From Eledone cirrhosa (taxonomy: Eukaryota), in the NCBI GenBank assembly GCA_964016885.1, contig OZ024742.1:83638001-83702000 (forward strand): a DNA stretch of 64,000 bases. Direction: 5' to 3'. A program made the translations under genes and the position numbers. Positions 1-11,256 of this stretch are shown one piece after another (the stretch's first letter is position 1; each line of letters opens with the position of its first letter). The notes beneath the pieces are model-generated. The model saw only the letters and a program-made list of their open reading frames with translations, had not been told where the DNA came from and did not search any database.

Positions 1-3000
1 AGGCTAAAGGAAGGGGGCGGGGCAATCCTCACGATGGACTCAGCTGATAGCTGGATCCGTCCTACACGTGACAGCAGGTGTTCGACATAAACCCACAAGT
101 CAGCAATGCTCGGACACTGGACGAGTGCGTGCAGGACGGTTTCGTCGCCCTGCGCGCATCTCGGACATGCCCGGCTGACGGCACCTCCATGCCTGTAGAG
201 TTTATCCCGAACTGGCAAAGCTCCTCGGTAGCACTGCCAGGCCAGGGATTTCTGGAAGTTGTCCATAGGCCCCGGCCCGAAAGTCCTTCCGAAGAGATTG
301 GCTAGTTGATTTTCGTCGACGCCTAGAGTTTCTCCAAGTACGTCGTCGCTCTTCCCCTCCACTAATCCCCTATAGAACGCCAAGGTGGAGTTTCCACCGA
401 TCACATTGCCCGATTGGTCGAGGGCTGTGAGCGCCTGAAGACATTCCAGTCTCCAAGCGCTCCCTCTCGGTCTTCGCTTGACCCAGGACTGCAGCTCCGT
501 CAAGGAGACGAGCTGGGGAAAAACGTGTCTTGCAAACGGCGACCACACCTGATCACCGTCGAGGAAGAGGTGGAGATGTCGTAGCCTGAGCGCGTGTCTG
601 CGCATCATCAGCCACGGCATGCCCAGCCCTCCACGTAGCGGGTGTTGACAGCAGATGGACCGCCTGACCATCGGAGCGCGTCCCTTCCACAAGAAGCGAA
701 AGAGCAAACGCTCCAGCGCAGTCAGGCGGGGCTTAGGACAAGGTACGACGGTCAGGCGGTAGTAGATGACGGATGCGATGTACGCATTCGCCACCTCCGC
801 TCGACCTTTCAGGGATAGCTTCCTCTCGGCCCATTTCTGGGTGAGAGAAGCCACCCTGCTCGTCACCTCGTCCCAGTTTTTGTCCGTCTGGAGGTCTGGA
901 CCGAACCAGACCCCTAGCAATTTAACCGGTCCGTCCGTCCAGCGCCCGACGACGCTGTTGGACGGCATGGACCTGCCTCTCCAGGTGCCGAGCTGCAGGC
1001 CCACTGACTTTTCCTGGTTGATCATTGCTCCTGTCACCGCTTCGTATTCTCTTAGTGTAGTGCCGATCGCCTCGATGTGTTTGGCGTTCGACACCACTAC
1101 GGTGACATCGTCGGCATATGCTGACACGGATCTTCCGCATCCTAGTTCGCGCGGGACCCCCCTCAACGTCTCCAGTTTGTGCAGTAATGGCTCGAGAGTC
1201 AATACGTACAATAGGGACGAGAGGGGACATCCTTGGCGGACCGAGCGCATGATGTTGAACGGTTCCGAAAGGTGACCGTTCACTCTCACTACAGAGCAGA
1301 TGTCGCTGTGCATGGCAGCGATCCAGCCTCTGAAGACGGGCCCAAAGCCAGCCGCCCTCAGGACTGCCGTTAGGTAACGATGGTCGACCCTATCGAAGGC
1401 TTTCGACTGATCTAAATTGATCAAAGACCCACCCGTGCCAGGTTCCCTAGCTACCCTCTCTACGATGTATCGCATGAGGTGGAGGTTGTCGTGGATGGAT
1501 CTGTCGGGAATGGCGCATGTCTGTGCCTCTCCCACCAGACCACCAACGACAAGCGCCAACCTCTTTGCTAGCACCTTGGCCAAAATCTTGAACTCTGTGT
1601 TTAGCAGAGTTATGGGCCTAAAATTATCTATGTTATCCCCCTTGTTCGGATCCTTTCTCAGCAGCGCCACCGCTCCTCGGCTCACAGAGCTGGGAATTCT
1701 CCCGTTCTGTTGCCAGTTGCAGTAGACGTCCGCCAAGAGGCCTCCGAACAAGTTTGGCATTTGTACGTAAAGTTCATAGGGCAGACCATCCAAACCAGGC
1801 GATTTACCCCTTGTGCAACTAGTCACTGCATCCCGTACTTCAGTGGTTGTTATCGGCTTTTCGCAACACTCCGCCTCAGTGGCCGAAAGCCGCGGCAGTC
1901 CGTCGAGGTAGACACTAAAGTCCATCCCTCGATCCGGCCCGCCACTGCCCCCGAACAGTTGAGCGAAGTGTCGCTGAAAAGCTTCACACATTTGCCCGAG
2001 ATCGAGTAGCATGCGCCCGTCGTGGTCCACCAAAGACCGGATCGTGGCTTTGTTGCCACGACGCGCCTCTGCCACTCGGGCCCATTGAACGGCTTTCGTC
2101 CCCTCGTGTCTGAGAGCACGCACCCTAGCTCTGACAACGCAGCCTTCGTGCTTTGCATTGAAGAATTGGTCAAGGGCCAATTTCGCCGCAAGTACGTCGG
2201 TCGCGATGCCTTTGCTAAGCGCCTCATCTAATTTTCTAACTAATTCTCCCTCTGCTCTATTTTTCTCTATTGCTAAAGTCTTACTAAACCTAATGGACTC
2301 TATTCTAATTGCTCTTTTCAGAGCAAACCACCACTTGTTGTTGACGATGGCCCCCGTCAACGCCCGCTTAACTAGTTCGCTAATCCGGTCTCTGTAGGCC
2401 TTGCGCGCTGGTAAGGACGCGTTTAACTTCCAGTAGCCGGGTCCTCGTCTATGAAGCCTATCTAAGTCAAGCACACAGATCACGAATTTGTGGTCCGTGT
2501 AGCTTACTATCTTGAATTGTGGACAGCCTATGCTAGACCTATCTATTTCCCTACAAAATACTCTATCTAGATATGATCTGGATGACCCTATGCGATTTGT
2601 CCAAGTCCACATTGGTACATTCGGGAAATCCATTCGGTACCTGTCAGACAGTTCAAAACGTCTGAGCAGGTTGGTGAGACTCTTGCACCCTCCTTCCCTA
2701 TCCCACACAATCCCAGCGTGCATCTAAGATCCCGTTCCAGTCGCCCACTAACACTAAAGAGCGGGACGTTCCAAGAAAGGTCTCCAGACGCCGGAAGAAA
2801 TCAGGCCGCCCTGCTCCTGTCGGGGCATAGACGGCCACTAACCTGAAAGCTTGCCCGTCTCCGCTGGTCACGTCCAGCACCACCAACTTACCTTCTGGGT
2901 CCAGGAAGATGGCCCGTATGGCAAGATCCAAACCTCTCCGAAAAAGCACAGCAACTCCTCCCCCCGATCCCGGACGGCTGGGAGATGCGTACACATCGTA

Positions 3001-3162
3001 GCCGCCGAAGATCGGTGCGAAAGCCTGTGCTTCGGAGATTCTGGTCTCGCTGATGGCCACTACATCTATGTTTAGTGACCTGAGGTCGTTGAGCAGGTGG
3101 CCCTGCTTCCATGACGACCCCAAGCCACGCGCATTTATGCTGCCTATTCTGAGTGAGGTCAT
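1..3162 (-). pseudogene. ORF2 of Tx1 copy 1 (APE endonuclease + RT), frameshifted
   Basis: Starts MTSLRIGSINARGL; an ~8-nt deletion near 2700 relative to copy 2 shifts the frame; KAFD and YADD motifs are still readable downstream. Confidence 0.88.
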
Positions 3163-3196
3163 GTTGAAAAGGAGTGGAAAAGATGGGAAAGACCAC

Positions 3197-5101
3197 TTAC
3201 CTTACTTCTCGTAGGGGAAGGACGGTTTTTCCATCCTTTTCACTGCTTGTGGCCTCCTCAGGAAGGATGTCCTTATAAATCCTCCTGGAGAGTGCTTGTC
3301 GGAAGTCTCCGATGTCTTTGGGGAATTTTTGTTTTAGTGTCATGTACGTTTTCTGTGTGATGCGAGTGATTTGTATGTGTGGAGGTGGTGTGAATTTTGG
3401 GGTTGTTGTGTAGTCTTTTTCTGTGATGCTGGTGTTGTGTTGGATGTAGTGCAATAATTGCTTGTTGATCAAATTTAATGCTGTGTAGTGTGTATCGTTT
3501 TGGTTGTTTTGTTTTGTTTGCGTTTGTTGTGGGTTTGTTTCTGTTTCGCATTTTGGTGACTTTTGTGGTGTAGGTGATGGTGGTGTTGGAGTTAATGATG
3601 GTGATGGTGTTGGTGTTTGGGTTGATGGGGTTGGTGATGCTGGTGTGGATGGTGGCATATCTGTCCTAACTTTTTTGTTTCTTAGTTTATTTGTTTCCCT
3701 CTGTATTTTGTTTTTGGAGGGGGAAGGAAGAGAATTTTTTCTTTTTTGGTTTCTTTTTTTTTTTCCGGATATCGTTTCCCACTCCTCGTCGTCACAATCT
3801 GTCTCCAGTTGTGATAGGCCGGGGAGTGGAAAATCCTCCACAGCCGTTAGTTTTGGTTTTGGTGTGGTGGATGGTGTAGGCGCTGGTGCTAGTTCTGAAG
3901 CGTTGGGTGGTGGTGGTGTTGGTTTTGCTGGTGGTGGTAGTGGTGTTGGTTTTGCTACTGTTGCTGGGGTTGTTGCTGTTATAGTTGCTTCTGTTGTTGC
4001 TGCTACAGTTGTTGCTGGCATCTCTGCTACTGGTGGTGTTGATGGTTGTGTCACTGGGGTGGGTAGGAGAGGTGGCCTCAACCTTTTAGCCTGAGGGCAG
4101 AAAGCCCTTAGGTGGGTTCCTTCACCACAAACGACACACCTAGGTCTTCTGCCCTCGACAATTACCGTGAGGTGGCTGCCGTCAGTGAGGTCTATTACCT
4201 CTGGGATCTCCTCAATGCTTTTTTGGTCCGCTTGGATCAGGAGCTCCATCCCAGATCCGGACCAGTTTTCCTGCTTTTCTTTTGCTATTGTTATTATTTT
4301 CGTGTTGGCCTCGATGCCGGCGATGACAGCCGCTATTAGCCAGGGAATTTCGATGGCCGGTGGAACGTGGGTCACCCTGATCTTTACGAGTCTCTGGCCA
4401 CAATAGCTTGGGACGAGTGTGAAGTCGTCACTTTTTAATGGGGCCATGGAGTGTTCTCTAGCCTCCTCTGGTGTTTCAAAGAACACATCCACGGTTCCAT
4501 ACTTTTGCCCACGTCTGATGTGGGTTTTTCTTGCCCACACATGTCCCAAAGCTTTTTGGATTTGGGACTCGGATGCCCGTTCCACTCGGCGCGATTTTAC
4601 ATTTATTGTTCTATACGACACGGTGCATAGGCGCCGATGCTCCATTTTATTAGGTGGGGGGGTGAGGCTGACCCTGTACCCATCTTTCTTTACCATTTGT
4701 TTGGCATTTTCTAAATCTTCTTGAGTTACCGTGAACGCTTCGAATTGTTTTGCTACGATGGCGAAACTGAGGGTCGGTTTTATAATGTCATTGTTGTTGT
4801 TGTTGCTAGCGTTAATATTAATTTTATTTTCAGTTGTGGTGGTGCTGACGTCAGTCGTCTTTGGTGGGGAAGAGTCCATTTTGCTTGATTTCATTTCGAC
4901 ATCACAAGTTAATTTATTTTTTTCTTCTTTTGTTTCTGTTGTCGCGGTGGTGGTGGTGGTGGTGGTTGTCGTGGTGGTGGTGGTGGTGGAGGCTTTAACA
5001 CCTGCAGTCATTGGTAATGGCGGGAAATGAATGTCTGCCTGAGACAAATTTAAAATATTGCTACCGCTTATATTTTTTTGTGTTGGCAAACGTAGTAACA
5101 T
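3197..5101 (-). CDS. ORF1 (gag-like nucleic-acid-binding protein with zinc knuckle) of Tx1 copy 1
   Basis: 634-aa ORF with CVVCGEGTHLRAFC knuckle and Thr/Pro-rich tracts. The true start may be the ATG GCT ACT at 5180 (matching MAT of copy 2), which would need a 1-nt frameshift, possibly in the A-run near 5075. Confidence 0.82.
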   Translation of the reverse strand: MLLRLPTQKNISGSNILNLSQADIHFPPLPMTAGVKASTTTTTTTTTTTTTTATTETKEEKNKLTCDVEMKSSKMDSSPPKTTDVSTTTTENKININASNNNNNDIIKPTLSFAIVAKQFEAFTVTQEDLENAKQMVKKDGYRVSLTPPPNKMEHRRLCTVSYRTINVKSRRVERASESQIQKALGHVWARKTHIRRGQKYGTVDVFFETPEEAREHSMAPLKSDDFTLVPSYCGQRLVKIRVTHVPPAIEIPWLIAAVIAGIEANTKIITIAKEKQENWSGSGMELLIQADQKSIEEIPEVIDLTDGSHLTVIVEGRRPRCVVCGEGTHLRAFCPQAKRLRPPLLPTPVTQPSTPPVAEMPATTVAATTEATITATTPATVAKPTPLPPPAKPTPPPPNASELAPAPTPSTTPKPKLTAVEDFPLPGLSQLETDCDDEEWETISGKKKRNQKRKNSLPSPSKNKIQRETNKLRNKKVRTDMPPSTPASPTPSTQTPTPSPSLTPTPPSPTPQKSPKCETETNPQQTQTKQNNQNDTHYTALNLINKQLLHYIQHNTSITEKDYTTTPKFTPPPHIQITRITQKTYMTLKQKFPKDIGDFRQALSRRIYKDILPEEATSSEKDGKTVLPLREVR

Positions 5102-5389
5102 TTACAATGGTGGTGTCGGTGTGAGGTGTTATTTTGTGAGGAAGGCTTTCAGCTGCTTCGTGCAGAGGTGAAGTAGCCATTTTTTTTTCAAAGAAATTTT
5201 TTGATAATAATAAAAGTTAAAATTTTGGGCACAAGGCCCCAATCTTTTTGGGTGTCCTTTTCGGAAAACAATGTATGTGTGCTTATAAACAGTTAACAGT
5301 AAAATTTTCCATAAATGGCAATTTTTAACAAACGGAAATAACAAACCTTTGCGGAGCTCACGATGATACGATTTACTACGTAGGTCGCC

Positions 5390-5473
<84 letters not shown>
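5390..5473. repeat. (AAT)n microsatellite: tail of copy 2 and target of copy 1
   Basis: Perfect AAT run between the 5' end of copy 1 and the AATAAA-containing 3' end of copy 2. Confidence 0.95.
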
Positions 5474-5475
<2 letters not shown>

Positions 5476-5735
5476 TTTCTTTATTAACCACAAGGGTTTA
5501 CATAAAGTAGACATTAAGGACAGTGCAGGACAATGCAGGACGGTACAAATGGGCATTTCTGCGTGTAAAAAAACAAAAACAGAGGATGTAACAAAAATAA
5601 CAATGAAAATAACAATGAAAAATTCCCCAATAGGGGGGAGACTTCGGAGGGACATTTGTGGAGAAAGCCCAGTAAAAAGCCACAATGACCCTGACCACCA
5701 AGGCAAGTGCCCTCTCCCAGTTTTCCACCTTTAGT

Positions 5736-8700
5736 TTACAGATATATACTCAGAGTCGGCCCATTCACTCGGGCCATTCTTGCTTCTCTCACCCATCTTT
5801 CAACAAAATGCTGGGAAGAGAGCACTTCCCTCTCTACTCTGATTTTCCTTTTCAAATGAAATTTGAAAAAGTCAATCAGAGCATCACCGAAGAGGTAAGT
5901 GCTCGTCTTCAGCCCTTTCAAACGTGTCCACCATACTATCTCTTTCGCCATGGCCACCAGACAGATAAAAACTGCCTGCCCTTCCCGGCTAAAGGAGGAG
6001 GGCGGGGCAATCCTCACGATGGACTCAGATGATAGCTGGATCCGTCCTAAACGCGACAGCAGGTGTTCGACATAAACCCACAAGTCAGCAATTTTCGGAC
6101 ACTGGACGAGTGCGTGCAGGACGGTTTCGTCGCCCTGCGCGCATCTCGGACATGCCCGGCTGACGGCACCTCCATGCCTGTAGAGTTTATCCCGAACTGG
6201 CAAGGCTCCTCGGTAGCACTGCCAGGCCAGAGATTTCTGGAAGTTGTCCATAGGCCCTGGCCCGAAAGTTCTTCCGAAGAGATTGGCTAGTTGATTTTCG
6301 TCGACGCCTAGAGTTTCCCCAAGTACGTCGTCGCTCTTCCCCTCCACTAATCCTCTATAGAACGCCGAGGTGGAGTTTCCACCGATCACATTGCCCGATT
6401 GGTCGAGGGCTGTGAGCGCCTGAAGACATTCCAGTCTCCAGGCGCTCCCTCTCGGTCTTCGCTTGACCCAGGACTGCAGCTCCGTCAAGGAAACGAGCTG
6501 GGGAAAAACGCGTCTAGCAAACGGCGACCACACCTGATCACCGTCGAGGAAGAGGTGGAGATGTCGTAGCCTGAGCGCGTGCCTGCGCATCATCAGCCAC
6601 GGCATGCCCAGCCCTCCACGTAGCGGGTGTTGACAACAGATGGACCGCCTGACCATCGGAGCACGTCCCTTCCACAAAAAGCGAAAGAGCAAACGCTCCA
6701 GCGCAGTCAGGCGAGGCTTAGGACAAGGTACGACGGTTAGGCGGTAGCAGATGACAGACGCGATGTACGCGTTAGCCACCTCCGCTCGACCTTTCAGGGA
6801 TAGCTTCCTCTCCGCCCATTTCTGGGTGAGAGAAGCCACCCTGCTCGTCACCTCGTCCCAGTTTTTGTCCGTCTGGAGGTCCGGACCGAACCAGACCCCT
6901 AGCAATTTAACCGGTCCGTCCGTCCAGCGCCCGACGACGCTGTTGGACGGCATGGACCTGCCTCTCCAGGTGCCGAGCTGCAGGCCCACTGACTTTTCCT
7001 GGTTGATCATTGCTCCTGTCACAGCTTCGTATTCTCTTAGTGTAGTGCCGATCGCCTCGATGTGTTTGGCGTTCGACACCACTACGGTGACATCGTCCGC
7101 ATATGCTGACACGGATCTTCCGCATCCTAGTTCGCGCGGGACTCCCCTCAACGTCTCCAGTTTGTGCAGTAATGGCTCGAGAGTCAATACGTACAAGAGG
7201 GACGAGAGGGGACATCCTTGGCGGACCGAGCGCATGATGTTGAACGGTTCCGACAGGTGACCGTTCACTCTCACCACAGAGCAGATGTCGCTGTGCATGG
7301 CAGCGATCCAGCCTCTGAAGACGGGCCCAAAGCCAGCCGCCCTCAGGACTGCCGCTAGGTAACGATGGTCGACCCTATCGAGAGCTTTCGACTGATCTAA
7401 ATTGATCAAGGACCCACCCGTGCCAGGTTCCCTAGCTACCCTCTCTACGATGTATCGCATGAGGTGGAGGTTGTCGTGGATGGATCTGTCGGGAATGGCG
7501 CATGTTTGCGCCTCTCCCACCAGACCACCAACGACAAGCGCCAACCTCTTTGCTAGCACCTTGGCCAAAATCTTAAACTCTGTGTTTAGCAGAGTTATGG
7601 GCCGGAAATTGTCTATGTTATCCCCCTTGTTCGGATCCTTTCTCAGCAGTGCCACCGCTCCTCGGCTCACAGAACTGGGAATTCTCCCGTTCTGTTGCCA
7701 GTTGCAGTAGACGTCCGCCAAGAGGCCTCCGAACAAGTCTGGCATCTGTACGTAAAGTTCATAGGGCAGACCATCCAAACCAGGCGATTTACCCCTTGTG
7801 CAGCCAGTCATTGCCTCCCGTACTTCAGCGGCTGTTATCGGCTTTTCGCAACGCTTCGCCTCAGTGGCCGAGAGCCGCGGCAGTCCGTCGAGGTAGACAC
7901 TAAAGTCCATCCCTCTACCTGGCCCCCCGCTGCCCCCGAACAGCTGAGCGAAGTGTCGCTGAAAAGCTTCACACATTTGCCCGGGATCGAGTAGCATGCG
8001 CCCGTCGTGGTCCACCAAAGACCGGATCGTGGCTTTGTTGCCACGACGCGCCTCCGCCACTCGGGCCCATTGAACGGCTTTCGTCCCCTCGTGTCTGAGA
8101 GCACGCACCCTAGCTCTGACAACGCAGCCTTCGTGCTTTGCATTGAAGAATTGGTCAAGGGCCAATTTCGCCGCAAGCACGTCGGTCGCAATGCCTTTGC
8201 TAAGCGCCTCGTCTAATTTTCTAACTAGTTCTCCCTCTGCTCTATTTTTCTCTATTGCTAAAGCCTTACTAAACCTAATCGATTCTATTCTAATCGCTCT
8301 TTTCAGAGCAAACCACCACTTGTTGTTGACGATGGCCCCCGTCAACGCCCGCTTAACTAGTTCGCTAATCCGGTCTCTGTAGGCCTTGCGCGCTGGTAAG
8401 GACGCGTTTAGCTTCCAGTAGCCGGGTCCTCGTCTATGAAGCCTATCTAAGTCAAGCACACAGGTCACGAATTTGTGGTCCGTGTAGCTGACTATCTTGA
8501 ATTGTGGACAGCCTATGCTAGACCTATCTATTTCCCTACAAAATACTCTATCTAGATATGATCTGGATGACCCTATGCGGTTTGTCCAAGTCCACATTGG
8601 CACATTCGGGAAATCCAATCGGTACCTGTCAGACAGTTCAAAACGCCTGAGCAGGTTGGTGAGGCTCTTGCACCCTCCACCCCTATCCGCTAATCCCACA

Positions 8701-9155
8701 CAGTCCCAGCGTGCATCTAAGATCCCGTTCCAGTCGCCCACTAACACTAAAGAGCGGGACGTTCCAAGAAAGGTCTCCAGACGCCGGAAGAAATCAGGCC
8801 GCCCTGCTCCTGTCGGGGCATAGACGGCCACTAGCCTGAAAGCTTGCCCGTCTCCGCTGGTCACGTCCAGCACCACCAGCTTACCCTCTGGGTCCAGGAA
8901 GATGGCCCGTATGGCGAGATCCAAACCTCTCCGAAAAAGCACAGCAACTCCTCCACCCGATCCAGGACGGCTGGGAGATGCGTACACATCGTAGCCGCCG
9001 AAGATCGGTGCGAAGGCCCGTGCTTCGGAGATTCTGGTCTCGCTGATGGCCACTACATCTATGTTTAGTGACCTGAGGTCGTTGAGCAGGTGACCCTGCT
9101 TCCATGACGACCCCAAGCCACGCGCATTTATGCTGCCTATTCTGAGTGAGGTCAT
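5736..9155 (-). CDS. ORF2: APE endonuclease, reverse transcriptase, C-terminal zinc finger
   Basis: Open 1139 aa: RIGSINARGL, ISET, GDWN, YLDR, TDH (EN); SPGLDG, FRPITLLN, RQGCPLS, YADD (RT); CPRC...H...C; GPGYWKLN typical of Tx1. KAFD reads KALD in this copy. Confidence 0.95.
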   Translation of the reverse strand: MTSLRIGSINARGLGSSWKQGHLLNDLRSLNIDVVAISETRISEARAFAPIFGGYDVYASPSRPGSGGGVAVLFRRGLDLAIRAIFLDPEGKLVVLDVTSGDGQAFRLVAVYAPTGAGRPDFFRRLETFLGTSRSLVLVGDWNGILDARWDCVGLADRGGGCKSLTNLLRRFELSDRYRLDFPNVPMWTWTNRIGSSRSYLDRVFCREIDRSSIGCPQFKIVSYTDHKFVTCVLDLDRLHRRGPGYWKLNASLPARKAYRDRISELVKRALTGAIVNNKWWFALKRAIRIESIRFSKALAIEKNRAEGELVRKLDEALSKGIATDVLAAKLALDQFFNAKHEGCVVRARVRALRHEGTKAVQWARVAEARRGNKATIRSLVDHDGRMLLDPGQMCEAFQRHFAQLFGGSGGPGRGMDFSVYLDGLPRLSATEAKRCEKPITAAEVREAMTGCTRGKSPGLDGLPYELYVQMPDLFGGLLADVYCNWQQNGRIPSSVSRGAVALLRKDPNKGDNIDNFRPITLLNTEFKILAKVLAKRLALVVGGLVGEAQTCAIPDRSIHDNLHLMRYIVERVAREPGTGGSLINLDQSKALDRVDHRYLAAVLRAAGFGPVFRGWIAAMHSDICSVVRVNGHLSEPFNIMRSVRQGCPLSSLLYVLTLEPLLHKLETLRGVPRELGCGRSVSAYADDVTVVVSNAKHIEAIGTTLREYEAVTGAMINQEKSVGLQLGTWRGRSMPSNSVVGRWTDGPVKLLGVWFGPDLQTDKNWDEVTSRVASLTQKWAERKLSLKGRAEVANAYIASVICYRLTVVPCPKPRLTALERLLFRFLWKGRAPMVRRSICCQHPLRGGLGMPWLMMRRHALRLRHLHLFLDGDQVWSPFARRVFPQLVSLTELQSWVKRRPRGSAWRLECLQALTALDQSGNVIGGNSTSAFYRGLVEGKSDDVLGETLGVDENQLANLFGRTFGPGPMDNFQKSLAWQCYRGALPVRDKLYRHGGAVSRACPRCAQGDETVLHALVQCPKIADLWVYVEHLLSRLGRIQLSSESIVRIAPPSSFSREGQAVFICLVAMAKEIVWWTRLKGLKTSTYLFGDALIDFFKFHLKRKIRVEREVLSSQHFVERWVREARMARVNGPTLSIYL

Positions 9156-9190
9156 GTTTAAAATAGAGTGGAAAAGATGGGAAAGACCAC

Positions 9191-11256
9191 TTACCGTACT
9201 TTTGGTAGAGGAGGGATGGTTTTTACATCCCTTTTCACTTGATCGTCTGGTGAAGGGACCGTTGAATCGTCCCTTCGGCTGGTCGTCGGCTCTTCTAAGA
9301 GTATGTCTGAGTATACTCTTCGATTGAAATCACCAACTGCGTTGGGGAATTTCGTTTTAATGTTTGTGTATTGTTTCTGTGCTATTTTTAGCAGTCTTAT
9401 GTTAGTTGGCGTTTTGATTGGTGCTGGTATTATGTAGTCCTGTTGTGAAATGTCTGTGTGTTCAATTATGTAAGTCATTAGTTTCTTGTTGTGTGTATTT
9501 ATTGCCGTGCATTTGTTTTTCTGGGGGTGGGGTGTGGTTCTGCTATTTTCTTGTCGTTGTTGCTGGGTGTGTGTGTTTTGTTGTTGTGTTTGCGATGTTG
9601 GTGCTTGTGTTGAAGGTGTTGTTGGCGGTGGGGTTGTCGCCGGTGGTGATGGTGGTGCTGGTGTGGGTGGTGATGGTGTTGGTGGTGTTGCTGCTGTGGG
9701 TCTCTTTGCAGTAGACTTTACCCTTTTCTCATTTCTTTCCTCCCTTTTCAAAGGCGACGATGCGCTGCTTCTGCGTTTGTGCCTTCTTGCGACCTTTTGC
9801 CATCCCTCTCCCACCTCACACTCCATGTCTGATTCTGTAAGGTCGGGGAGGGGTACCAGCTCCACTCTTTCACTTGTTGTTGTTGGTGATGTTTGCACTG
9901 GAGTCTCTGTTGCAGCTGCATTTGGTATTGCTGTTGTTGTTGTTAATATTTCCACTGCTGCTGCTGTCTTTGATTTCCGTGGAGTGGGTATGGGTGCCAC
10001 GGACCTATCGTTCCTGGTTGCCGCTTGTCCTGTTGCTGGTAGCCGTGGAGCCGGATTCGGAAGGAGGGGGGTTTTCTCCTTTCTCAGGGTCTTCTCGTTG
10101 CAGAAGGCCCTGAGGTGAGTCTTCGATCCACAGCGAAAGCATTTCGGGCGTTTGCCCTCAACACTTATGGGCAGTTGAGTGCCGTTATCGAAGTCTATCA
10201 CATCCGGGATAGCTTCGATGCACTCCTGGTTGGTTTGGATTAGCATCTCAATGGAGGAGCCGACCCAATCTTCTCTTACTTTTTTCTGTACTTGCAGTAC
10301 AGTTGTTTTGTCCTCGATTCCGACGAGGACAGACGCGGCCAGCCAAGAAGGGGTCATTCCGGGGGGGACGTGGGTCAGTTTGACCCTCACAATTTTTTGC
10401 CCGCAGTAGGAGGGCACCAACACCATTTCCTCGCTCCTTAGGGTCACTACTGATTGGGCCTTTGCCTCCTGGGGTGTGGCAAAAAGTACGTCTACGGTGG
10501 CGTATTTTTTGCCTCGGGTGATGTGCGTTTTCCGCTGCCACACAGACCCCAAGGCTTTTTGTATTTGGGCCTCTGTGGCTCTTTCCACCCTACGGGATTT
10601 TGTACTTACTGTACGGTACGTGACCGTACAGTGCTCTTGGGTTTCGAAAAAAATTTTTTCGCTGCCTTGCAGATTGCTCGGTGTCCGTTCTTTGTCACCA
10701 TCTTCTTCGCTTCCTCTAATTCCTCATTTGTTATGAGGATTGTTTCCAAGTTTTTCGCAATACCTGCAAATGAGATTGGTTTTTCTCTGCTGTTGTTGTT
10801 GTCGTCAGAGCTGCTGGTACTTTTGTTGTTGCTGCAGGTACTACGACTACTGCCTCCGCCGCTGTTGCTGTGGTTGTTGTTGGTGTTGCTGCTGCTAATG
10901 CTGTTGTTGTTTATGCTGCTGGTGATGCTGTTGCGGCTGCTACTGTTGTTTTCATTGTCACTGTTGCTGTTGTTATTACGGCTGCTACTGCTATTATTCC
11001 TGACGTCAGACGAATGAACTGGGTTTTCGTATTTCCCGCACACCTGTTTCGTCGCTGTCGTCGTCGTCGTGGAGAAACCTTGCACGCTTTGCACGAGACT
11101 TTTCTTTTCTTTCGTCACTTGCGAAAGAGAAGGGAGGGAGAGAGACACATTTAAAGAAGGGAGGGAGAGAGACAATCTTCTCTCTGCTGTAGTGATGATT
11201 GAGGAAGAAGACGGAATGAGTGGGAGTGACGTATGAAATTTCTTTTTCGTAGCCAT
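9191..11256 (-). pseudogene. ORF1 of Tx1 copy 2, one frameshift
   Basis: ORFs 10606-11256 and 9191-10588 join across an A/T homopolymer near 10650; CTVTYRTVSTKSRRVERA matches CTVSYRTINVKSRRVERA of copy 1; knuckle CFRCGSKTHLRAFC. Confidence 0.85.

Larger units (their letters stand above)
1..5389 (-). mobile_element. Tx1/L1-clade non-LTR retrotransposon, copy 1 (3' end runs off the window)
   Basis: ORF1 with a CCHC knuckle followed by APE endonuclease-RT ORF2; 5' end abuts (AAT)n at 5390; ORF2 DNA aligns closely with copy 2 at an offset of about 5985 nt. Confidence 0.93.

Noticed and set aside
10640-10665. A/T run at the ORF1 frameshift of copy 2 as a programmed slippery site
   Set aside because: No X XXY YYZ heptamer in the correct phase, and copy 1 is continuous at the homologous position
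78-11154. Plus-strand ORFs overlapping the Tx1 elements
   Set aside because: Antisense shadows of GC-rich or low-complexity retrotransposon ORFs
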